Source: Amoebophrya sp. A120 (Eukaryota > Protista > Dinoflagellata). From it: a stretch of DNA of 64,000 nucleotides. The notes under the pieces are model-generated. The model did not search any database. It was not told the origin of the DNA and saw only the letters and a list, made by a program, of their open reading frames with translations. Positions 1 through 10,455 of this stretch are shown piece by piece. A program made the position numbers and the translations under genes. Each line of letters begins with the position of its first letter. Within the stretch, counting starts at the first letter, position 1. The stretch covers positions 8,202,938 to 8,266,937 of the forward strand of contig CAJINV010000004.1 of NCBI GenBank assembly GCA_905178155.1. Reading direction: 5' to 3'.

Positions 1-518
1 CGCAGCAGGGCCAGTACAATATCAAATGCAAAAATGTCTAGGGCTGGAAGATTGCCAGGTTTGTCATGCATTTTTTGCATGACGCCTGATTGTTTGTGAT
101 ATATGCCCTAGCATCACAGATTTTTAGAACCCTAATGCCTATTCCGCATGAGAAATGCCCTCTCCGCGTAACACAAACTGGAGTCCTGTTGCTGGTCATG
201 CAATACAGACTTTTTTGGAATCCGAAGACAGCATTGCAAGTTGCAATCTTCCAGACCCAGACACTTTTGCAGTTGATATGCAAGAACGAGCTGCAATTTA
301 AACAGGACATCAAAATGATGTTTGAAAACTGCGATCGCTTCAACCGGGACGAGAAAAACACCTTCCGGCAGGCGGGAAAGCGACTCGAGGAGATTTTCGC
401 CCGGCTCTGGGTAGTTTTCTTTCCACCCGTCAAGCAACATGGGAGTAGCCTGAAGATTGCGGGCGCGCCGGTGGCGAAAAAGAGGCGACCGAACTCGGAG
501 AGCGAGTCGGAGTCATGA
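1..518 (+). CDS. Bromodomain-containing protein, 3' end (partial, spliced)
   Basis: Removing element 20-278 plus 5 nt gives QQGQYKNELQFKQDIKMMFENCDRFNRDEKNTFRQAGKRLEEIF, matching the bromodomain C-terminal Y..F..D..LMF.NC..(Y/F)N pattern. Stop TGA at 516-518. Confidence 0.8.
20..278. mobile_element. IR introner family A (TATCAAATGCAAAAATGTCTGGGTCTGGAAG ends)
   Basis: TIR; TSD TACAA/TGCAA. Confidence 0.9.
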
Positions 519-553
519 TAGAATACCTGAGTCGGAGTCATGATAGAATACCT
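504..553. repeat. 25-bp tandem duplication spanning the stop codon
   Basis: GAGTCGGAGTCATGATAGAATACCT x2. Confidence 0.9.
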
Positions 554-691
554 ATGTCGGTGCTGCCATTTAAGTAGGCTGGATCGCAGCTGCGCAGTAC
601 TCTCGAAGAAGGTGGCTCGTGTAGTCCTCACGTCGTGTGACCAAGATGTTGTATGCAAAGAAGCGACAGATAGTAAAAAACGCATGCTGAC

Positions 692-744
692 GTTCCATCA
701 ATACGTCGTATTGATGGAACATCAATACGTCGTATTGATGGAAC
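692..744. repeat. Perfect 14-bp-arm palindrome with a 24-bp tandem copy
   Basis: GTTCCATCAATACG-T-CGTATTGATGGAAC followed by ATCAATACGTCGTATTGATGGAAC. Confidence 0.9.
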
Positions 745-1453
745 GAATATATTGGTTGCAGAGGCGAGAAAAACAGATGCCGTGTTCAAGAGTTTTGATT
801 GATGGTGAATGTTCAAACAATGTGAGTCGTTTAATACTCCATTTTGATTTTGTTCTGCGCTTTTTGGATCTAGTAATCTCTGCAGATGAAGATCCCTGTT
901 TTTGTCGATATTAAATCTGTAAAATCATTCCGATCGCAAAATCCGGCTTCAAAGTGGGTCCAAACAAGTCCGCAAAATTATTACGTAGGCGCCGCTTTTT
1001 TCATTAAAGGCAGTACAACTACAACATCTGCGCTCTGTATTAAAAATCGCCATCAAATCCAAATAATTTACCTCCGGATGAAAAATTCAAGGCAAAAATA
1101 AAAATTTGAACACGAAAATAAGGCCCTTTTTTTCGTCTTTCCGATCCGCAAAAGACGAACAAATTTTCCTTTGGTGTTGCTGATGTAGTATTTTTAGAAG
1201 TTCAGGCGCAAAGATAAATGGCGCTTGGGCAGCAACAGCAAGTGAACCGATTTCATTTCCATTCTCTATACCCACAAAAAACAGACAGTAAACGAGCCAG
1301 GTTTACGGGAAAATAAAGATCATGGCGGGAGCTGCACGGCTGCAAAACAATAGTGAAAATTCGGTTCATGGTCGTGGTGCAAGATGTAGAATTTTGTAGA
1401 AATTATATCATGTACCTTCAGTGATTGAGTTTTAGTTAGAAATCACTCATCCC

Positions 1454-4400
1454 ATGGACCGCCGGCGCAATTCTCCGGTCGTCCTCAAGCGACGCAGATC
1501 GCGTCGCAGAGAAGAAAGACGGGAAGACAGGGATAGCAGACCACGTACTTATTTGTTTTCATAGCAGAACTTTATCCGCAGAATTTGCCATGCACGAAAT
1601 GCGTTTTAGTTGGTCTTTGTCATGGGAAAAAGAAAACTACAGGTTGTGTACAGAACGGAAACGCAGCTTCTGTTGCATGGTTTGAAAGATTCTACTAAAA
1701 AAAAACAGGTCGCCGCGACCGGTCCCGGCGCGACCGTTCCCGCCGGCGCGATGACAGGTCTCGCAGAAGGTCCCGGCGACGCCGCGGGAACAACGACAGG
1801 CGCGAGCACGAGCGATCCCGGGAACGCAGCCGCGACCGAAATAATCGGAGCCGAGCCAACAGTAAGGAGAACAGCAGAAGGGACAATAACCAAGACGAAA
1901 ACAACAACAACAGCAACCGGGACCAGCGACTCCAACCCGTCTCTCGTTCGGAAAACAACAACAACAATAACCGAGCACAGAAGAAGAAGACCAAACGCGG
2001 CGGGCAGAAGCACCGGGGAGGGCAACAGATGAAGAACGATTTTGTCGAGGGGCAGGAACTGAAAAAATTCTTCGTCACGAACAACGACTGCGCCCGGATA
2101 CTGGGGCAGAAAGCGAAAATTATGAAGGAGGTGGAGATGGAGTGCGGCGGGGACATCATGGTGCAAAACCGAAAGGACGCGGAAAAAAGCGGGTCCCAAT
2201 TTCGATTCATCCAGATTATCGGACTGCCGCACCAAATCGCAAAGGCCGAGGAACTTTTCCTGCCGTGGTGCGACTACTTCGCCCGGGAGGATAACGTATT
2301 GTGACTAGGAAAGAGATTTTCAATACTTTGGTTCCAGAAATGATTTCTCATGCGAAGATTGCTAGTAGATGACTAGATTTGTTTTTGGTGCGCAGCTCAC
2401 GGTGCCAAATCTTCTTCTCCATTTCCGAAGTGAATCACGTCAAAAAAAAACACCAATGCAACAGACCGTCCTGAAAGACGTGCGCGGCACGCCAGAAGCA
2501 CAGGCACGACAGAAGGAGGAGCCTGTTCGACCGCAGAAGATTCGGCTTTTCCTTGAAATTAAAAACGAGGAAATAGGCAGGATAGTGGGAAAGAGAGGGA
2601 CGCTCATTCGCGAGATGGAGGTCCTTATTATAGGCTACAGAGTTCTTTTTTGTCCACCTGGATAAAATGTTTTTATAGTTGTAATAGATGAACATTTATT
2701 CCTGTTATGCATAAATTTGGCACGACATCGATCGTCGCCACTATGTAGTTTGTGATGCGAAAATAAAATCTTGCGTCGAACAAACATTCTCGAAATCAAC
2801 AGGACGAGACCAACACGAAAATCGAGATTGACAAGGGCGCCAACGTCGTGGAAATCGTCGGTGACAGCGACGGGGATTGCGAACGGGCCCAGAACAGCAT
2901 TCTCCACGAGGTCTCGTGGTTATCCTGAGTAAAAACGTCCCCACCCCAGAGTTGTCATGCAAATTTGCATGCCAAAAAAGTTTCTCATGCAAGGTCCCAT
3001 GAGAAGCTTTTTCTCCCCGTGTTTTGGGATTTGTGATGCTACAAATAGCATCATATGCTAGATCTGTGTTGCTGCTGAACTAGCTACTCAGGATCACACT
3101 ACGAGGACAAACTTGTCATGCGAAACAGCCAAAGTTGGCCGATTTGTCTAGCAGATTCTCCATCTTGACTCTGGTATGGGGACGCTTTTCCTCAGGATAG
3201 TGGTGCCGAAATCGCGACACCGGGGAAGTTTTGAAGCGCGACTCCTTCCCTGGGCGAGACGGAATGGACCGAGCGTATTGAAATTACAGGTTTTTTGTTC
3301 TTTATGCATCTTCTTCACAGTCTGTTGACTGGTCCTCACAACTTGTCGTGTGTACATTTGCTCGCCCGGGAGGTGGACGACGAGAGGTTGTCACAACATT
3401 GCGCCATTCTATAGTATTCTAGCGATCATAGAATTCTTCTTCTTGTTCGTCCCACCACCAGCAAAACAACCGAAAGAAAAAAAAACAGACCCTACCGTGA
3501 CGAACCCATCGTGATGCTAATTCTGGACAAAGAAGCGGGTCGGGTCATAGGCCGCGGGGGCGAGGTTATTCGGGAAATTATGGACCTATGAAATGCAAAA
3601 ATGTCTGGGTCTGGAAGGATGCAAGGTTTGTCATGCACATTTTGCATGAGCCCTGATGTCTGTGATGCATGCCCTAGCGTCACAGATTTTGTGAGGGCTT
3701 TCTGATGCCTATACCGCATGAGAAATGCCCTCTCGCAATGGAAAAAACTGGACCTCTTTTGCTGTTCATGCAATACAGATTTTTGTAGAATCCAGCTGCA
3801 GCATCACAAGTTCGCATCCGTCCAGACCCAGACATTTTTGCATTTGATAGGACCGCTCCGGAGCCGACGTTCGGGTCGAGAAGTCCGAAGCAATATGCAT
3901 TGCAAAAGTATCCGATACTAGTATGAATTGCAATACAAATTTCCTCAGCATGAGAAATGAAATTCGTAATGCGGATTTAACTTGAGAAAAAAATTTGTAA
4001 TGCATGTGCATGAATGGGATCATTATTACGAGTTTCCGATACTTTTGCACAGGATAAACAATTTGTGGCGACAACGACGTGTGCCAGATCCCGCACGAAC
4101 GCCGCGTCGAAGTATTTTTGGAAATTTGTAATCCTAACGCGAACTGGAAAGTGAATTTGTAATGCTAGTAGCGCAAGTCAGTAAGTATGCATAAATACGA
4201 ATGCAGTACGTGTCGCCTTAGAATGCATGACAAAGGACCCAAACTGCTCTCCTTCACACTCCAGATCTTCGGCCGGTCGCAGCGCGTCAAGGAGCACGCC
4301 CGGGACCTGATTCTCCACGAAATCGGGTTTGCAAAAGACGAAGCGGGCAACGTCATCAAGGACGATCCAGATTTCGAAGACAAGGAAAGAAAACGAAAGG

Positions 4401-5336
4401 GCCTGACAAAGGGTCTCGGGAAGCGCATGCCGAGCATAGGAGCCTGGGTGTGCGGCTACTGCGCGGGGGATCACCGATCGAAGGTATCTAATACACAAGT
4501 AGAGACTGTCTTCTTGCCGTGAACTAGCAGTTCCATATTACTCTGAGATAGAATCGGACTTGCATATGATCGTGCAGCATGTGTTCTACTGCATTGTGAG
4601 TTTTTATTTGAAATCTGTTGATGCTTATAACCAAAACAACACCAGCACAAAAGAGAAAAAACACCATACACAGGACTGCCCCGCTCATACCCAGAACACG
4701 ACGACCCTGCAGATGCTCCAGCTCCTCGGATTCCACATGCTTCCAAGTCCTATACCCAGCATGCGCACCATCGGCATGTATAATTCAATTTTTCCGTGTC
4801 AATACTTTCTGAAAATCATGCACAGTGTAGTTCGATGCCCGGTGTAGTAGTTTCACTTGCTGTTGTATTTTTTTGCACATTAATAGAGTTTTCAAAAAAC
4901 GCACAGTATTTTACTTTTTCTGCAGAAAAAAAACTAAGTATGATTTCTACCACCAATCGACAAAAAAACCGGTCTTCACAGGCTCGCCCCTCCCGGCACC
5001 CAGCAACCCGTGATTCCCAGCAACATCCCGATGACGGCCATGCCCCACTACATCGCCCCGTTACCGGTCGGGCTCTACCCCCCCGCACCCTCCATGGTGG
5101 ACAACCAGTACCTGAATTTTACCGCCCGCGCCGACAACCTCCCCGACCACGGCGGCGACAACGAGTACGAACTGAATTCCGACTCCGACAGTGATAGCGA
5201 CAGTGAGGACTCCGAGTCGAGCAGCAGCTCCTCCAGCAGTAGCAGCAGTAGCAGTTCCGGCGACGGCGCCGCGAAGCATCCGGCGGCGGACGCGGCAAAA
5301 AAGACGACCGAGGGTGTCGACGAGGACGATTTGTAA
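1454..5336 (+). CDS. Multi-exon RNA-binding protein: RS/RD-rich N-terminus, 3 KH domains, CCHC Zn knuckle, Pro/acidic C-terminus
   Basis: Exons give RRDRSRRDRSRR, then CARILGQKAKIMKEVE, IGRIVGKRGTLIREME and AGRVIGRGGEVIREIMDRSGADVRVE (KH GxxG loops), then CGYCAGDHRSK/DC. Ends EDDL* at 5336. Start codon uncertain. Confidence 0.75.
2921..3199. mobile_element. IR introner family B (TATCCTGAGTAAAAACGTCCCCACCCCAGAGT ends)
   Basis: TIR; perfect TSD GTGGT. Confidence 0.9.
3587..3849. mobile_element. IR introner family A
   Basis: TIR; perfect TSD GGACC. Confidence 0.9.
3894..4056. mobile_element. IR introner family C (TATGCATTGCAAAAGTATC)
   Basis: TIR; TSD AGCAA/AACAA; homologous to 59641-59790. 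Confidence 0.85.
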
Positions 5337-7202
5337 GGCGATTTTGGGATACCAATGCTGCTGGCAGTCCTGCAAAATCGCTGGGTCTTCAGATGGAGAT
5401 GACGCGATGTGGGGTTCTAGAAGTGCTGGAATTTTTGGTACAACTGTGGGAAAAAACGAGTCCTTTGGGCAGCTGAGGGTTTGCTGATTCGGAAGTGAGG
5501 CAACTGCTGGAGATACAGTTTTTACGGCGATGTAGAGTAGATTCCTGATCATCATTTACCCGGTGGTGGCGAAACTGACACAAATTTTTAATATCGAGCA
5601 AACTTTACCAGTAGTAGGAACAAAGATTCAGTATATTGTGATGTTTGGCTGAATATGGCACTGCCATACGGATGAGTTGATTGAACTACCGATGCGACAA
5701 AAATTGAGACCTCGAGAATACCGACTTGTTGTAGAAAGAAAAATGAGTAGCGAAAAAGCGAAGACAAGGGAAAACCGAAGGAATACAGTCCTGAATCTAA
5801 CCAGGACGGAGTCGAATTTCTTGAGCGTTCGTGTGGCTTGCGAGCAGCCGATTCAAAAAAATTTCGTATCTCATTGGGTTTTAAAAGGCGCCTGCCAGGA
5901 AACGCGCTTGCAGCCCTTTATTTGCGCAGGCCCGTCTCCCAGTGTCGCGCCCGCGCGCGCCAGATGCGGGCGGCTGAACTTAGGGGGACAAGGAAGCAGG
6001 GAACGGCGAATGGAGCCGGCCCGGCAGGGTGTCCTCCCTCCAAAGTGCTGCATCAGATGAGCCCAAGCACTGGCACCGGCGCGCGCATTGGCCCAGTCTG
6101 CACAAACCCCGCGCCGGGTCGCCCCACAATCGGCGGGCCGGCATGATAAGTACTACTCAATCAACCCCTACTCTAGACACTGACTCCATTCAGAGCTCAT
6201 ACTTCGCCTCCAAGAAGCGCTCCGCGTTGTAGATGTCTGTCTGACCGGCAAGAAAACTATCTACTTTCTGTTTACGTCGAGCAAAGCGAAGATACGGCCC
6301 AGGCAAGAGGAAAATCAAAAATGTACTTGCATTCATAATGCCCCGACTCAGGACATAGCTCGTCGGTCTTTCAAGGTACGTTGAATTGTCCGCACAAAAT
6401 GATCAAAATGCGTACGAATACAAATGCGAAATTTGAAGGAAATAAGGGGATCTAGCTGCATTCCTATAGAAGTCGAGAAACCAGCAATGTCGGTCGTCGA
6501 ATATCAGTGTTGTTGGTGCGAGAAAAAATGTTTGAATCCGCGATGAACAGACGCTGTCCAAGCTGAACAACCGCTACTACCCACAAAACAACACCTCCTA
6601 ATCTAGATATTTACCTCCCCAATCTTGAAGTGCTACCGCGCAAAGCCACTACACATCACGTAGCAAGAAAAACAGGAGTATAGAGCTTTTTTTATTTTCT
6701 CCGAGCGGACTGGTTTTGTTCGAAATCTAAAGCAAGTGTGGTAATTTTGGCTTTTGCCTCGTCACACAAACGACCGCCGCTTTCGAGCAACCATTTGCCA
6801 ACTAACTACTCTTTTGGGTATTTACAGAATACTATCACTATCATCTTTTGAGTATTTACAAAAGCTCCAGTTTTGAAAAGCTCTGACCTGATTCAGTTTT
6901 GAAAGCTCCAAGCCATACAGCTCTGTTCTAATCCTGCTATTCGCTTTTGCCTAACAACAGTACAACTGCTTTCTCAGAACAAAGAACGAAACGGATAGTG
7001 AAGCAACTTCTTTCAGTAGACTCAGCACATTTTTTATTCAGTACGACTTTCTTTAGCGTAATTCAATCCCGTACACCTTGAATTGCCAATTAAGTTAAGT
7101 TAACACAGAGTCGCTTTGTGACCTCGCCGTTCCTAGTCTTGCTAGTAAGATTTTGGCTCCAGCGAACACACTGATATTGCTCTCACCCCGTTTCCGAAAA
7201 TA

Positions 7203-8867
7203 ATGGCGCGTGCCGGTTTTGCCGTCCTTGTGCAGATCTTCCTGCAGCAGAATCCTCGTCAAGCTCTTCTAGGGCTCGTCTCCGCGAGCCCTCGCTATGG
7301 TCCCGCAGGAGCGCGCGGAAGCACTTCCGCAGAGCGGGCGCCGTCCTCTTCTTCGCGTCGCACGCGTTCTCCTTCGCGGCGCGCCGGGTCGGGCACACGC
7401 CGCCCCGCTGCTGCTCCCTCGGCTGCGCATCCTGTTGGCTCGGTTGCTGATTTGCTCAGGATTGCGGCAACGCGGGTCGTCTTCAAGTTTCGGTACGCCG
7501 CGCACAAAGAGTGGGAAAATATCGTTACGCAGTGGCCCTACCGCAGCGACCGGAAGTTGCGGGTTGTGGGCGGCAAACCTAGCGTGCGGCAGCTAAGGTA
7601 TGGTCAGAATTACAGAGATATCTGGGAAAGGATGCTGGTTGAATTTCAAACGGCGCAAACATACGGCACCGAAGCCATTTTCGAAACGTCCGTGGACCAA
7701 CGACTTGCTATCGGCGGGAGTAATGTTTGGGGCGTATTCCGCCCCGACACGTCTACGCACACCCTGATTCATCTTTGCAAATCATCTACTAACGGCACAT
7801 ATTCAAGTCGTCGCCCCCCCCTGGCTCGACTTCAAGCCGTCGACCCCCGTCTACAACAAATTTTCCTCGATCTTCAACAAGGCCTTCCACTTGACTTTGG
7901 CCAAATTTTTCCGGAGATCGCGGCCGAGCAAGCCGCCTCTAGCGACACCGACTTTGTCTCCGACGCGCTCCAGGAAAAGGTGCTTGGTGCTATCGCTGAA
8001 TGGGAATGGGCGACTCGTACACACTCTTTCTTCACGATGCCCGAGTGGTATTTGGTGACGGACTTACTGCACGAAACGCGCTTAGAAGCAACCTCTGGCG
8101 ACGTGGGCGAGGACAGAGGCCTTTTGATCGAGAAGTATTTGGACGATGAGGCGCCTTTCGGTGCGTCTCGCCTTTTTGATACCCCCTTGCCATTTGTGGA
8201 TGAACAGCGGGGCGGCAAGAAAAGAGTCGACGTCGTCAGGGACTGGATGAAAATGGCTCTGCACGGCGAGACGGCCCTTACCAAGCCTGGGAAAGACACT
8301 TGGGACGCTTTTGGACTCAATGCTGAGGCAGAGGCTTATGACGCAGAGGCAGCGGCACAGGGAGGGGGGGTTCGCGTTCAGAATTGGAGCCATTGGAACC
8401 CACACCGCGAAGTTGATGTACTATCCCACGAGCCCACAGCGCCAATGGAGCCACAGCAACCCCGTCCGCGGGTTCGTGGTGATTATCTTGGCGCGCATAA
8501 CGCGCAGGACGGCGGGTAGAACCGCGACGGCACCCTGTCTGACCTCTTGCGGCAACTCGGCGCGGCGCGGTACACAAAGGCACTTGTGTGGAGCCACATT
8601 CTGGGGGAGGTTCGCCAGATTCTGAGAGGAGCCAAGATGCCCCACCCGTTTGCATCCTGCACAAGCGGATTGAACCCTAACGAGCGCCACAGGCAGATCC
8701 TACCTGACGCTCCGCGATGGAAGGTAGACGAGGTCGGAAAGCGGCTTGGAATGCCCGAGCGCGCACTGGCCGACTTTCAGCATGCCGGACAAAATCACCG
8801 AGGGATGGGAGCGCGAGAGATGGCACCGCGGGACGGTACAGCGGCTCCACCAGATGTACGACCATAG
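7203..8867 (+). pseudogene. Intronless ORF of about 550 codons with one in-frame TAG at 8517-8519; unknown protein or possible retrocopy
   Basis: ORFs 7203-8519 and 8547-8867 are in the same frame with only the TAG between them. No introns, unlike most neighbouring genes. Could instead be an intact 438-aa gene. Confidence 0.4.
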
Positions 8868-9439
8868 AAACCGTACCGAACCGCAGCAGCTGTAAATAAG
8901 TAGCTGCCGCCCACTGCAGTGGTCGCTCTGCTCGGCAACCACGACAATGAATTCGAGAGTCAGTTGAGAAGAAGTTAATGTACTGGGCCCACGGGTGGAG
9001 CTTGAAGTACTGGACTCAAGGATGGACTGAGCTTGAAGTCCTGAAAGAAGTGGAAGTACTGGGCTTCAGGCTGCACCTGATAAAAACGAAGACAGACTAC
9101 CAGATAGCGCAACTTCGTAAAGTATGTATGATCTTTAACCGCCCGAAGAACTACCGCAACTAGCACCTAATGCACGCAGTTAAGCTGCACTTGCACTTTA
9201 AAAAGAGGAGTCACTTTCCTAATTTTCCTCCTCGGGAACTTTGATAAATCGACGTCCGACTGGTCGCGCCATCTATTCATTGAAGTAGAAAATAAAGTTC
9301 GCCGCCGTCCAGCACGCAGGCAACCGGCCACGAAGAAGGACAACCTCTGTTGATTCTCCTGGCGACAGTTGCACTTTGCGAGCCATGAAAACCTCAGGGA
9401 CGGGCCCTTCTCGGGCCTTGGAAGTACAGTTTTAGAGGC

Positions 9440-9668
9440 ACTCCCCCTTGAACTTGTAAAATATCACTTGAGATGTAAGATTCACACTCAGAGAAACATT
9501 CCCGGATTCAGTCCTCGAGGAGAAGCACATCTGTGCGGACCTGTTCAATTTCCAGTAGGCCACTAAGTAGCACTACCCACCTTGTAACACATTACTTGAA
9601 AAAGTTGAAAACTCAGAGAAACATTCCCGGACTGCCCTCGAGGGGAAGCACTTCTGTGCGAACCTGTT
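9440..9668. repeat. Diverged tandem duplication with ~125-bp period
   Basis: ACTCAGAGAAACATTCCCGGA...GAAGCAC.TCTGTGCG.ACCTGTT at 9486 and 9611. Confidence 0.8.
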
Positions 9669-10455
9669 GAAATGCATGTATGATAACTCGCAGCAAAACT
9701 AAAACTAAACAAGAGGCGTTGTATGATTCTTTCGAGCAATGTGGACCTGTAGGATGAAAATGATTATGCGAGGCTGGAGCAAATGAAAAAGCTGTGCAAC
9801 CTTCTCTTTTCCCGCATCACAGATTCGCTGTTCTACGTCGTCGCAGTTTTGTGGATGAGAGTCTTGTCCTTTCTTTCTTGGACCGTAAAAGGGATTATCT
9901 ATTTCTCCAGCAATTGCGCGAGGCTGAACTTGGTTGCAACGCCCCTGGTAAGATCCGGTAAATCTGAGCAACATGGTGGTGCCAACACTCACGCAACCGC
10001 GCACATGACAGTGCTCCCAGTGTTCGTTATTGAGTGAAACGAAAGCTAACGAGGTCCTCTGGCAGGAGGTGTGTTTCGCATCTAACAGACCACAAAGCGC
10101 CGGAGTCGATCTGCAGAAGCAATAGGCAAGCTGCAGGGACGAGATATGAAAAAAGCAATCGAATCCGCGGGCAGCGGTCAACATCAATCCTGCTAAGTAT
10201 TGAGTTCCAAAGCCACTACAAGTAGCACAGCTAGTACCAGTTATTTTTGACGACGTAAGTTGTTGGCTGCGGCAGGTGCCAGACTGTAGGTGAAATCCAA
10301 AGTACAGGAAAATGCCGTCTTGGAGTCCACCATGTCCGGCGACCGGACCAGATTGAGCTTGGTGTCAGACCTCTCCAACCACACGACGTTTCCCTAGAGT
10401 ACCAACCCACCTGTCGCACGCCCAACAAAGTAGTACCCGATCCACCCCCAAGAAC

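Noticed and set aside
1610-2032. Thr/Ala-rich 140-aa ORF
   Set aside because: It is an alternative frame of the RS-rich exon that continues in frame into the KH domain.
7203-8867. Candidate transposase for the introners
   Set aside because: No DDE, HUH, tyrosine-recombinase or RT motif recognised, and no TAT..ATA TIRs or TSD around it.
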